Source: Mustelus asterias
Lineage: Eukaryota
Assembly (NCBI RefSeq): GCF_964213995.1
Contig: NC_135830.1
Span: 12,338,001-12,402,000 of the forward strand
DNA: 64,000 nucleotides
Reading direction: 5' to 3'
A program made the position numbers and the translations under genes. The notes below the pieces were generated by a model that saw only the letters and a list, made by a program, of their open reading frames with translations, made no database searches and was not told where the DNA came from. Below are positions 49,158-62,166 of this stretch, one piece after another; positions within the stretch are counted from its first letter, which is position 1; every line of letters begins with the position of its first letter.

Positions 49158-49551
49158 AGGTGTCTGCCTGCACTTTAACCTCACCCATTTATATTAAATT
49201 TGGACTTTATTTTCATTTCAGTTTTTGTTTTAGACCTGCGATGGGCAAAATGCCATGTTTAGATGGAACATGCGTAACTCCTTCAGCCAGTGACATCACT
49301 GTTTGCTGTAACCTGGAACATGAAATCGACAGTGAGGTGAAATAGTCCCACAGGTTGCTCTTGTGTATCTTTCAGTTTCCAAAATCCACCAACCTCATCA
49401 TTGTGGCTCCAATGAAACAAACAACGCAAACATAGCAGCCTTGTAATAAGGAACTGACACGCAATTAGTTTGAACTCCATTCTTTCCATCGCAGAATTTT
49501 GCCGTACTAAAAATACCATCCAGGTGAAAGTTTACCTTTCCCTCGTTCCAC

Positions 49552-50570
49552 AGTAAGAAGTCTCACAACACCAGGTTAAAGTCCAACAGGCTTATTTGGA
49601 ATCATGAGCATTCGGAGAGCTGCTCCTTCATCAGGTAAGTGTAGAGGCAGGTTTCACAAACACGGCATATATACACAAAGACACAATTGTAAGATAATGG
49701 TTGGAATGAGAGTTTTTTCAGGCAATCAAGTCTTTACAGGTACAGATAATGCAAGTGGCGAGAGGGACAATCACAAGTTAAGGAGGTGCGAATTGTCTCA
49801 AACCAGGACAGTTAGTAGGATTTTGCACTTCCACGCAAATTGGTTACATGTAGTGCGACATGAATCCAAGATCCCGGTTGAGGCCGTGCTGATGCAAGCG
49901 GAACTTGGCTATCAGCTTCTGCTCGGCGATTCTGCGTTGTCCTATGTCTTGAAGGCCACCTTGGAGAGTGCTTAGCCGGACGTCCGAGGCTGAATGCCCT
50001 TGACTGCTTAAACGTTCCCCGCAAGGAAGGGAACACTCCTGCCTGGTGACTATTGTGCAGTGTCAGTTCAGCCGTTGTAGCATCTGCATGGATTCGCCGA
50101 TGTACGACGCCTCTGGACATCGTTTTCTACGTATGAGGTAGACAACGTTGGCCGAGTTGCATGGGTATGTACCGTGTACCGGGTGGAGAGAATTTTCATG
50201 TGTGATGATGGCATCCATGTCGATGGTCCGGCACGTCTTGCAGAGATTGCCTTGGCAGAGTTGTTTTGTGCCGTGGTCGCTGTTTTCCTGAAGGGTGGGT
50301 AGTTTGCTGCTACCAATAGTCTGTTGGAGTTTGCGCGGTTTTTGAAGGCAAGTGGTGGGGGTGTGGCGATGGCCTCATCGATGACATGTTGAAGGCTCCG
50401 AAGAAGATGCCGTAATTTCTCCGCTCCGGGGAAATACTGGACGACGAAGGGCACACTGTCGGCCATGTATTCTGTTTGCCTTCTGAGGAGGTCAGTGCGG
50501 TTTTTCGCTGAGGCGCGGCGGAACTGTCGATCAATCAGTCGAGCGTCACATCCCCTTGTTACGAGGAGAT
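49552..50570 (-). mobile_element. Penelope-like element 3' part: GIY-YIG endonuclease remnant plus terminal hammerhead motif
   Basis: Minus-strand translation of ~50180-50065 gives VHGTYPCNSANVVYLIRRKRCPEASYIGESMQMLQRLN*H (VVY...YIG). ORF 50068..50574 has VPFVVQYFPGAEKLRHLLR. ctgatgaaggagcagctctccgaat lies at 49634-49610. Confidence 0.85.
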
Positions 50571-50669
50571 GCACCTCATTCTACTGACCTTTGCCAACTT
50601 GCTGTGTTTTAACTTATAATAAAACCTTTATTGATAATAAAAACAGCAGAAGTTCTAAGTTCTCAGTAG

Positions 50670-51715
50670 GTTTGTGCTCCTGTATCTCTGTTTAAGTCCC
50701 TGCATCGCTGTGTTGTGCATCTATATCTGTCTGTGTGCCCCTTACTCTGTGCATTCCCCTGTATCGTGTATACACCGCTCTCTCTCTGTGTGTGCCCCTA
50801 AATATGTGTATGCCCAATCTCTATGTGTGTGCCCCGGGTCTGTGTATGCCCAATATCTCTGTGTGTGCCGCTGAGTCTGTGTGTGCCCCTGAATTTGTGT
50901 ACGCCCCACTACCTCTCTGTGTCTGTCCCTGTATCTGTGTGTGCACCACTCTGTGTGTGTGTGTGCCGCAGAGTCTGCGTGTGCTCCTGGCTCTCTGTAT
51001 GCCCCAGTATCTCTGTTTGTGTGCTCCTGTATTTCTGTTTGTGTGTGTGTGTGTGTGCCCCTCTATCTCTGAGTGCCCCTCAATCTGTGCGTCTCCCTGT
51101 ATCTGTGTGAACCCTGGTATCTGTGTGAGTGTGCGTCCCTGTATCTACCTTCATGTGTGTCACTGTATATGCGTGTTTGCCACGGTATCTTTGTGTCTCT
51201 CCGTGTGTGTATGCGTGTATGTGCGTGCACGCGCGTGTGTGCGTGTCTGTGTATCTGTTTGTGTGTGTGTGTGTCCATGTATCTGTCTTTCTGTGTCCCT
51301 CTATTTGTATGTATGTCCCTCCCTCTATCTGTGTGTGTGACCCTGTATCTGTGTGTATGCCCCCATGTCTCTGTTTGTGCCCCTGTATCTGTGTCTGTGT
51401 GTCCGTGTATCTAAATATGCACATGTATCTGAATGTGCCCTTGCAACTGTGTGTGCCTCAGTATCTGTGTGTCCCTGTAACTGTGTGTGTGAGCCCCTGT
51501 GTCTGTGAGGTTTTCAGTTTCTCTCTGTCTGTTCCCCTGTGTGTGAGCGTGTGCTTTTGAGTATGGTTTTTAAGTTTGTGTCTATATATATAAGTCTGTG
51601 TGTTTGTTTGGGTGAGAGAGTGTGTATATGGCAGCATGTGTTTATGAGAGTGTTTCTGAATGCGTAACTGTGCGTGTGTAAGTACATGTTTGTGTTGAGT
51701 GAGTGTCAGTGCGAC
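50670..51715. repeat. TG-rich low-complexity tract (cccctgtatctgtgtgtg-like units)
   Basis: Direct inspection; it explains the Cys/Val-rich spurious ORFs. Similar tract at 53345-53535. Confidence 0.9.
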
Positions 51716-52057
51716 ATTGAGACATTGTAAAACAGAAGCATACTTCAAATTTGAAAGAAAATGACATTAACCAAACTCTCCATTTTGGATGCTATCAGTT
51801 CCAGAAACAATTGAAGCAACATTTAGCCTCTGTGTTTATTGTGTGTTAGGGAATGGCCCACCAGTTTCACAAGAGCCAACACCGAAACCTTCCCTGATGA
51901 ATATGTACGAAACTTGTAGAGGTATATAACTGGCAGGGCAAATCGGAACAAGAATGGAGGTTGAACATTTTCATTCCAACACAGATGGGTTTTTTTTCTG
52001 TATCACAGTAACTTTTATAATGTAGGCCAAGAGCTTCAAAATGGGAAAAGCTTATTA

Positions 52058-52322
52058 TGGAGTTTGCACATTCTCCTTGTGTCTGCGTGGGTTTCCTCCG
52101 GGTGCTCCGGTTTCCTCCCACAGTCCAAAGATGTGCGCGTTAGGTTGATTGGCCATGCTAAAATTGCCCCTTAGTGTTATGAGATGCGTAGGTTAGAGGG
52201 ATTAGTGGGTAAATATGTAGGGATATGGGGGTAGGGCCTGGGTGGGATTGTGGTCGGTGCAGACTCGATGGGCCGAATGGCCTCCTTCTGTACTGTAGAG
52301 TTTCTATTTCTATTTCTATTTC
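52058..52322 (+). mobile_element. HE1-type V-SINE (5' truncated) with CR1-derived tail
   Basis: V-domain ggagtttgcacattctccttgtgtctgcgtgggtttcctccgggtgctccgg; tail gactcgatgggccgaatggcctccttctgtactgta(tttcta)n. Confidence 0.85.
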
Positions 52323-52359
52323 GATCGAGCACGGATACAGTGTGAATAAAGGCTGTGAA

Positions 52360-53190
52360 GATACAAAATAATTTCAAGTTTGCCGACGACATCACTGTAG
52401 TGGGTTGGATCTCAAACAATGACGAGACAGAGTACAGGAATGAGATGAACAATATGGTTAACTGTTCCGGCGACAATAATCTCTGCTTCAATGTCAATAA
52501 AACAAAGGAGATTGTCATCGATTTTAGGAAGCGAAAAGGAGAACATGTCCCGGTCTACATCAACGAAGACGAAAGCTTCTAGTTTTTAATGTGTCCAGAT
52601 CACCAACAACCTGTCCTTGTCCCCCCATGCCGACACGAAAGTTAAGAAAGCCCACCAACGCTTCTACTTTCTCAGAAGACTAAGGAAATTTGGCATGTCA
52701 GCAACGACTCTCACCAGCTTTTACAGATGCACCATAGAAATCATTCTTTCTGGTTGTATCACAGCTTGGTATGGCTCCTGCTCTGCCTAAGGCCGCAAGA
52801 AACAACAAGAAGGCATGAATAGAGCCCAATCCATCACGCAAACCAGTCTCCCATCCATTGACTGCCGCTGCCACGGCAAAGCAGCCAGCATAATTAAGGA
52901 TCCCACGCACCCCGGACATTCTATCTTCCACCTTCTTCCGCGGGAAAAATATACAAAGTCTGAGGACACGCACCAACCGACTCAAGAACAGCTTCTTTCC
53001 TGCTGCCGTCTGGCTTTTGAATGGACTTACTTTGCATAACGCTGATCTTTCACTCCACCCAAGCTATGACTGTAACATTACATTCTTCAATGTCTCGTTT
53101 CCTTCTCTATGAACGATATGCTTTGTCTTTTCCCTGTACTGTTCACTGTATGTAATATACGTGACAAAAATAAATCAAATGCAATCAAAG
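52360..53190 (+). mobile_element. Rex1/Babar-type LINE 3' fragment
   Basis: ORF 52355..52582 (FKFADDITVVGWISNNDETEYR); same 3' UTR and tail as 2940-3856. Confidence 0.85.
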
Positions 53191-54539
53191 AAATAAAATC
53201 TGCGCCTTAAAATGATTTCGTTTTCAATCTTCAAAGAATCATTGTGTAATTTAGTGGATTATATTGGAAACATTGACGTTTATTAGTGTCACAATTAGGC
53301 TTACATTAACATTGCAATGAAGTTACTGTGAACATTCTTTATAAGGATCTGTGTGTCTGTGTGAGTGTATGCGTGTGCGCATGTCTGTGTCTGTGTGTGT
53401 TTGTGACTCTGTATTTCTGTGAACGAGTGCGCGCCCCTGTATCTCTATGTGTGTATGTTTGCGCGTGTGGGCCCCTGTAAATGTCTTTGTGTATGTGCGC
53501 GCTGCTGTAAATGTCTGTGTGCGCGTGCCCCTATAAGATTAAACCTTGAAAATGTCTGACAGTGAATTACAGAGGGAAGAAAAGTTTGCCCACTCCCATT
53601 TTGAATGTGATTTAACCTCTGATAACTGCATCGAATGCACGCATTGCAGTCTGAAATAACATCAACTTCAATGTCCAGACCATGTCTCCAAAGGATAATG
53701 AAGAACACAGTTCCTGTGCGGTGTCTGGTTATATAAAAGGGCGAATGCGCCAGCCGAGCTCCTTCTGTATACTCAAATCTCGGACAATATCGTTCAATAG
53801 TCACACTTCAGCAAAAGGTTCGCGGATGCAGCCATCCAGACACTGAACTTTGAGACTCACAAATCTGCAGTTGCTGTGCGGCGCCAGCAGATGGTGGTGT
53901 TGTATCACTTTAACGACAAGATAGCAAAACAGGTTTGAGGAGATTTTTAGGTTAAATTTATTTCCTTGTTTCCCCAGAAAGGAACCAACAAGTAAAGCAA
54001 CGACATTAGTATCTGTGTCAGTAATATTCACAGGGAAATCTGGCCGAAGGATAATGAATTTAATACTGACATTGGCATTCATCTTCCCACGAATAAATAT
54101 GCGCATTAACAGCTAATTATTTTATGACCTCTTTTATTGATTTGAAGTGATGTGTACTTTTCTCATCCAGACTTATTAAATAATAAAGTTTTATGGTGCG
54201 GTGAGGTTTAAGGGACGGGAGGGCTGGCATCTCCATTTGTTGTTGGAGGTGTGTTGGAGTAGACGCAAAATGTCACAGTCACCAATCTCCCTCCCGCTTT
54301 GCCATGGGGATACTTTACTCTGGAGCTCATTTTGCCCAGGCCATGCTGAATGTCAGCATTGAAATGATCCAAACCCAGTGCCCTTTGGAAGTAAATTCGA
54401 TTATTTTTCTATTTCTGCGCTTGCTGTTCATGAATTGATCAGAATAACAAAACAAAAACGGTCTCACTGTGCGTGTCTGACTGAGATGGGGTTTTGTACA
54501 GTACACCAGATAAACACACTGTTATGGTAAACTATCTGA

Positions 54540-56433
54540 TCACTGTTTAATAAACTTCACAATTCCAGTAAATGGAAATTTCACCACATTCTTCAGATCC
54601 GCTCTGAATTGCGTCTGGGTCATGGCATGAATGCATGTGTTGGTGCAGCAACTCTAGAGTTGAAGCATAAATCCCAGTTCCTGAACAAATAATGGCAAAA
54701 TAACAGAAATAAATTCAACTTGTACAATCGCTGATTAAGGCAAAACAATAGGAACCCTGACCATAACAGGATAAAATTTCCCGACATCGCAAAGGGTAAG
54801 ATGGTAGATTTTCTTCACTTCTCTATCTCTTGGCCATTTGAACTTTCCCCGCTCTTTTGCGTCTGAGGTCTACGGAGAACCTTGCTCGACAATAAAATGT
54901 GTTTAACGGTTGAAATATTGAACAGCAGATTCAGCAATAAAGGAACAGATGAGGTTTGGAGAAGAAGGCTGTGGAGGCCAGTTCATTGAGTGTCTTTAAG
55001 ACAGAGAGATATAGGTTCTTGATTGATAAGGGGATCGGGGTTATGGGGAAAAGGCAGCAGAATGGGGATGAGAAAAAATATCAGCCATGATTGAATGGCG
55101 GAGCAGACTCGATGGGCCAAGTGGTCTAATGCTGCTCCTATGTCTTATGGTCTTCTGGTCTTTTGGCTAAAATATAATGCAGACTTTCAACTTCTACTCA
55201 CGCTGGTGAAAACAATTCATCAGAATCTGCATAACAGAAGTAGAGATTATTGGAAAGTACACTATGTCCTCAGACATATAGTACCAGAACGTGTTCTTTG
55301 CACTGAGCAGCACACTCACTGTTCCAATAACCACAACTGCCGTTTTCTCAGTGTAGTATTTTATTTTCTGTTTCTGACAAGTAATGGCCACGAATCGATC
55401 AAAGGTGAAAGTGACAGTGAACAAGACAGAACAATCGGTGACTGCGTACAGCAGGACGGCATGGATGTTGCACACTTGAGTATGATGCATGAAGATAAAT
55501 TGATCATTAACTCTGATAGGAATTTGCCTCAATATGAGGTCGATGATGACGACCAGTACACACGCTGCTAACATGGAAATTAGGAACGTGTGACACATTT
55601 TGAAAGTCCACACCTTCCGCGAGACAGGATAAGAATCGTCGATAAGTTCACTGTAAGGAAGAGAGACACAATTAACTCATATTTCAGATTGAGAACGGGA
55701 GCAGCGGTCTGTCAGGATTCTGGGGAGCAGTTGAAGTATTTGTTTTCACATAATCCAGCCTCAGAATAATATGGATTCACTGGTTCCGCTGAGACCGAGT
55801 TCACAATAGGAAAGCACCGCATTGATGTAGCAAGAAAGCAGATTCACCAACAGATCAGATCTGCACTTTCAAGCCTTCTCCATATTTGTATTTGGGAAAC
55901 ACAATGATGCCAATGGGTTTGGACCAAATGTCCCTGGTCCGGGTCACTCTGCTGTGACTCTGCTGTAGACTCTGCATTTGTAGATATTGCATCAGTTGAT
56001 TTGGAATTGGCTGTGAATCACAGCACTGGAAATTATATATATATTTTTACTGAGGTCAGGACCCTTTAGATACTAAGGCAGGAACAGTGAAAGTGGCCGG
56101 TGGAGGTGGGGACGGAGTGGGTGGAGCGAGGAGATGGGGGTGGGGGGGGGGGCGTGGTAGTGGGGAGGGGAGGGAGAGGGAAATAAAGAGCAACCACCAG
56201 GCGACAGTAGGGAGAATGGCTGCTGAGAAGGGAGAGAATTTTTCTCACTGCATTAGCACATAAGGAACATGACGTTTGCATATAATAATATTATTAACTG
56301 GATCTCATGGACAAGGGTAATATATATAGTGAAATTACACTCACCAGTCACACCAACGGAGTGGGTAGTAAATCCTTCAGACATCGTGACGTACCCAAAT
56401 AATACGAAGCTCAAGTGGAATAATCCAGAACAT
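54540..56433 (-). pseudogene. Two-exon GPR139/GPR142-like class A GPCR pseudogene
   Basis: Exon 1 ~56433-56345 reads MFWIIPLELRIIWVRHDV*RIYYPL/VGVTG then gtgagt. Exon 2 after cttacag (~55650) reads VNLSTILILSRGRCGL/...CNIHAVLLYAVTDCSVLFTVTFTFDRFVAI...SCCTNTCIHAMTQTQFRADLKNVVKFPF...*. It contains frameshifts and a CR1 3' fragment at ~54950-55155. Confidence 0.8.
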
Positions 56434-57649
56434 GGTTCATCGACTCTGAGATTCAATGATCTCTGGTTGTACTGGAGACCACTCTTATTTTTAACACCGG
56501 TGGGCACAATGAAAGCATTGCCTATTTATGGAGTGAGTAAAGTCACCGGTGAAACAATTAAACTTTGTGCCTACACGATTATTCACAATCGCCGAACAAA
56601 CAAGATGAATTCAGCTTTTCTTGCAAAATACATGTTTATTGAAAGTCCTTTGCAATCAAAGAAAATGATCTGACTGAAGACAAACAAATTGGCCCAAGCA
56701 GTTTGGTGAAAAATAGGATTATTGATTAAGACTATGTTACTGAACTGACGTGAATTAAGACAGTAACGAATATTTCTCTCTCATAATGTCAATCTACAAT
56801 TTCAGAATTTCAATGAAACTGTAATAGTGAAATTGGTGCAGGTTCGGGGAATAATGTTGATGCTTCTGCTAATAAAAGAGAGGTGTCAAAAGCAGGATGA
56901 TTAGAAATATTACACTGCTGGTATTCAGCAAGAAACAGGTCTTAATCCGATAAAATAACCATCTACCCTTGTATTGTTCACAGATATTATTTTATGGAGA
57001 TTAACCCGTGCAAGAGGTAAGTCAGGTGTCCAACCTGCGTTCCGAAGCACATGTAAAATTTCCTGTACTTTTGATGATAAGTGAGGATGTGTCCTGTGCC
57101 CTTCACCCAACCTTACATCTTCCTTTGCATGCCATGCTGATTTCAGACTGTGTGGATGCAATTCCATCGATCTGCACGTTTTATCTTCTCGAAATATCTT
57201 TCACCTTCAATTCACTCTACTTAGTAATATTTAATTCCTTCTATTATTTTTGCTCGAATTTAAAACAAATGTCAGTCCAGCTATTTATAAACCTGACAAA
57301 AAAGGACATTATCTTACATGAATTACACCCAATATTATTTATACATACCCATTCAGTTGCACAAAACTCTGGTGATAACTAGAAGAATAGAAAAGTAATG
57401 ATGCCGAAACGGGCCATTCAGCCCATCATGCATACTCTGGATACAACAGAGACAAATGGAACTAGTGGCTCCGTCTAATCCCACATTCTATCATCTGCTC
57501 CGTAGCCTTGCAGGTTCAAGCTCTTCTGATAGTGAGCCCATATGAGAAATAACGTGTATACCTTTGGCTATCGATATATAAAGGGAAATGAAAATGTCTT
57601 TGAGACACTCCTGAGAAGGTTTACTAAACGATTTCCAGTAATGAGCGGG

Positions 57650-60580
57650 TTGTCTCATGGAGATGGTTGGAGAGAGTAGACATATACACACTGAAAGTTC
57701 GAATAGTAAGAGGCGACTTAATGGCAGAGTTTAAGATCTTGAGGGATGTTGACATTGTGGATGTGCACAGAATGTTGCCATTTCGGAGAGAATCCAAAAC
57801 CGGGTGAGAAAGTTTCAAATAAGGGGTCGCTCATTAAAGACAATGATGTGGAATGTGTTCTCTCTCAGATCGTCGTATGAACAATCAAAATAGAAAGATA
57901 CGTAGGACATTAAGCCCCTCAAGCCCGCTCCTCCATTTCATAACTTAATTCTAACATCAAATTTGCAGTCCACCTACACCTGATCACCAATCACGTATGA
58001 CTCAGCAAAAACGTATCCACATCTACCTTAAAAATAATGAAAGCTCTGTTGCCACCGATTATTGAGAAAGAGAGTTCCAAAACATGAGGACCAACAATGC
58101 CATAAGGAATAGGGACAAGGGCAGGCCGCTCAGCCTTTCGAGCCTCTTCAGTCATTAATGCGATTGTATACGGTGTTAGTGAGACCACACCGTGAGTATT
58201 GTGTGCAGTTTTGGTGTCCTTATCTGGGGTAGGATTTCATTGCCCTACAGGGAGTACAGCGAACGTTTACCAGGCTTATATCTGGGATGACAGGCCTGTC
58301 ATATGAGGAGGGACTAAGTCGGTTAGCATTACATTCATTCGAGTTTAGAAGATTCAGGGAGGAGTCATAGCAACCGACAAAATTCTAACAGAGTTAGACA
58401 GGGTAGATTCAGAGAGAATGTTCCTAATGGAGGGGGAGGCCAGAAGTGGACTAGAATATCTCATCAGGTCTGAAGGCATTTTTGCAGAGAGACCATCAGA
58501 AAGACATGGGTGTGATGGAACGTGGGAAAATAAATAGCAATATCTTGAGGAGTTTAGGTTTTACAGAGAAGGATATGCTGGAGTCTTAAAGCGCATCCCG
58601 GTAGATAAATCCTCAGCACCTGATGAAGTGTATCCTAGGACGTTGTAGGAGGCTAGGGAGGAAATTGTGTATCCACTAGCAGAGATATTTTAAACATCGA
58701 TAGCAATAGGTGAGGTGCCCGAAGATTGGAGGGTGGCAAATGTTGTGTCTTTGTTTAAAAGCGAAAAGCCTGGGAACTACAGGCCGGTGAGCCTCACAGC
58801 TGTAGTTTTTTTACGTGTTCATGGGACATGGGCGTCGCTGGCTGGCCAGCATTTATTGCCCATCCCCAGTTGCCCGAAAGCAGTTGAGAGGCAATCACAT
58901 TGCTGTGGCTCTGGAGTCACATATAGGCCAGACCGTGTAATGACAGCAAATGTCCTCCCCTAAAGAGCATTAGTGAACCAGATACGTCTTTCCAACAATC
59001 AACAATAGTTTCATGGTCATCAGTAGATTCTTAATTCCAGAATTTTTTTATTGAATTCAAATTCCACCGGCTGTCATGACCGAGTTCGAACCCCGGTCCG
59101 CAGAACTTAGTTGAGTTTCTGGATTAATAGTCTAGCGTTAATACCACGAGGCTATCGCCCCCCTCCCCTCACCCCGCCCCCCCCCCCCACCCCCGCCGCC
59201 CCGCCCAACTAAGTTGATCGAAGGAATTCTTACAGATCGGATCGACAGGCATTTGGAGAGTCAAAGACTGATTAGGGACAGTCAGCATCGCTTTGCGAGT
59301 GGAAAATCATGTCTCACAAATTTGATTGAGTTTTTTTTGAAGGGGTAACCAAGAAGGTAGATGAGGGCCGTGCCGTCGATGTTGTCTATATGAACTTTAG
59401 CAAGGCCTTTGACAAGGTACCGCGTGGTAGGTTGTTGCATGAGATTAAAACTCACGGGATCCAGCTCGGTAGCCAAATTGATATAAAATTAACTTGATGA
59501 CAGAACACAGAGGGTGGTGTAGAGGCTTGTTTTTCAAACTGGAAGGCTGTGAGCAGCGGTGTGCCATAGGGATCGATGTTGGGTCCACTGTCACTTGTCA
59601 TTTATATTAATGATATGGATGAGAATTTAGGAGGCATGGTTAGTAAGTTTGCACATGACACCAAGAATGATGGCATAGTGCACAGTGAAGAACGTTATCT
59701 CAGATTTCAACGGGAACTTGATCAATTCAGCCAGTGGGCTGACGAATGGCAGATGGAGTTTAATTTAGATAAATGCGAGGTGATGCATTTTGGTAGATCG
59801 AACAAGGGCAGGACTTGCTCAGTTAATGGTAGGGCGTGGCGAGAGTTATAGAGCAAAGAGATCTGGGGGTACATGTTCATAGCTCATTGAAAGTGGTGTC
59901 ACAGGTGGGTAGGGTGGTGAATACGGCATTCGGTATGCTTGGTTTCATTGGTCAGAACAGTGAATACAGAAACTGGGACGTATTGTTGAAGTTGTGCAAT
60001 CATTGGTAAGCCAAACTTGGAATACTGTGTACTGTTCTGGTCATTCTATTATAGAAAGGATATTATTAAACTAGAAAGAATGCAGAAACGATTTACTAGA
60101 ATGCTCCGAGAACTTGATGGTTTGAGTTACAAGGAGTGGTTGGATAGACTGGGACTTTTTTCTCTGGAATGTAGGAGGCTCAGGACGATCTTATAAAGGT
60201 CTATGAAATACTGAGAGACATAGATCAGCTAGATAGTCAATATCATTTCCCAGTGGTAGGGGAGTCTAAAACTGGAAGGCATAGGTTTAAGATGAGAGGG
60301 GAGAGATACAAAAGGATCCAGAGGAGCATTCTTTTTTCACACTGAGGGTGGTGAGTGTCTGTAACAATCTACCAGAGATAGTAGTAGAGGCGGGTACAAT
60401 TGTGTCTTTTAACAAGCGTTCAGAAAGTTACATGAGCAAGATTGCTATCGAGGGATATGGGCCAAACGCTGGCAATTGGGACTGGCTTGGTCGTTAAAAA
60501 AAGGTGGCATGGACAAGCCTGGCAGAAGGGCCTTTTTCCATGCTGTAAACCTGTGTGACTCTAAGACTCTTTGACTCTAT
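57650..60580 (+). mobile_element. Cluster of degraded CR1 fragments (main copy ~58480-60580, split by a SINE)
   Basis: PEDWRVANVVSLFK..PGNYRPVSLT (58715) and IYINDMDE...WQMEFNLDKCEVMHFG (59576), with 3' UTR to ~60580. Confidence 0.85.
58805..59160 (-). mobile_element. tRNA-derived SINE (same family as 41720-42068) inserted in CR1
   Basis: catgggacatgggcgtcgctggctggccagcatttattgccc...ttcgaaccccggtcc...ctggattaatagtctagcg. Confidence 0.75.
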
Positions 60581-62084
60581 GAGATTGGAGCCAACGTTTC
60601 GAAATCAACTTGTCAGAGGCTCAGAGCTCTGACGGCGGGTCATCAGGACTCGAAACGTTGTCTCTATTCTCTATCCACTGATACTGTTAAAACTGTTGAC
60701 ATTATCCAGCATTTTCTGTTTCTGTTTCAGTTTCCAGCATAAGCAATAATTTGTTTTATTAAGCAAAGGAGAGTGATAGGCTGCAACGCACTGACGATAG
60801 AGATGGTGTTGCAAAGTATATTTGGGTGGTAATGGGTCAGACTTTACCTTTTACACTGACACAAACATCGCCTAGATCTCGCTCCAAATCTCGGACTAAA
60901 TGATAATCTTCGCATTGAATCTACTCAGTCCCATGAGGTCACAGGAGCTGAACACAAGTGAAGAAGGTGGATTTTGCAGTAATGGGTTGTAGGATGAAAG
61001 AAATATTGTGAAGGCAGCAGCAGTGGGGATGAAAATGAAACAATTATAGAAAGTTACAGTAGAGGAACAGCTTATTAGTCTTGGCATATTGCTTTGAAAC
61101 AACAGTTGTGATTAGTTGATCAGGAATAAGAAAGAGACAAGTTGTTTCATACGAAATTCTATTTTCACAATTTGTCACCTGTCATTGAGCCTGGGCCTTG
61201 GCGGTTAAAGCCTTGAATCTGAACCACGAGACCACCCGCTCTCCAGCATCACCTGCTCAATGTTGGCTTGTCTATCATTCCTTGTGTCAATTAATCCACC
61301 TTGCCTTGCTCTCTACCACAGACCTTCACTTTTGTTGTTTTTACCGAGTGACACCTGACTTTGCAATCAGAAAATGCTGGAAATACTCAGCATATCAGTT
61401 GACATTTACCAAAAACACAAATTATGAAACGTTTCCCTGACTCTGTATTGAAAAGCATGCAGAAAGAATGTAATAATTGAAGTGGCGAGTTTGTTGTATG
61501 TTGTCAATGGCTGAACATATCACTGGTATTGAAGCAGATTGTGTCATTTTTCAGGTGAATCCCTTTGGTTCAAGTGTGCTTTCAGCGAGCTTAAAAATAA
61601 GAAAAGGAGCGTGGATAAAGCAAATTTTAAAACATGCTGTAACCTGCTGGTCTGATGGATAGAGTTTGACACTTTCACTGCTGTTTTGATTACAGGTCAG
61701 GATATGAAGATTTATTGCTCGTGTCCAAACCATGAAACACATTTCAGTTATTTCCCTGTCGAATGCAGGAATCCTGGTCTCGCCTCATGTCCTGCCCTCA
61801 TTGAAGTGACGACCCTGACCAAATTCAACAGGAAGTTTTATTGTCATTTCTGGCGGGAAATTAGGAACCAGGCGAGGTTAAGGACAGTTTAAATCGTACA
61901 GGCCCTTCACTAAAGCTCATTGTGTTTCTGACTGGAGAAGATTTCTCTTTGTTGCATGGATCACTTCTCTGATTAACTGACGGAACGGACTCGAAGTACC
62001 CAATGGTTCATACCAAATTCTTTGCCTCTGAGCTATTTCACTAGCAATACCGTTAAAATACCTGGTGATCGTTTGCACTTCGGT

Positions 62085-62166
62085 GGTAGCGGGTCCGAGT
62101 GGTCCAAGACGTTGGGTTGAGGTTCCAGTCTTTGGGGAGGCGTGAATTCCAATTCAAACGCTGCTA
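62085..62166 (+). pseudogene. tRNA-Leu pseudogene
   Basis: ggtagcgggtccgagtggtccaagacgttgggttgaggttccagtctttggggaggcgtgaattccaattcaaacgctgcta; long variable arm, broken B box. Confidence 0.65.

Noticed and set aside
50674-51748. Long Cys/Val- and His/Thr-rich ORFs (up to 201 aa)
   Set aside because: Translations of TG/CA low-complexity repeat; no domain structure.
56269-56673. 134-aa plus-strand ORF
   Set aside because: Antisense to GPCR exon 1; no recognisable motifs.
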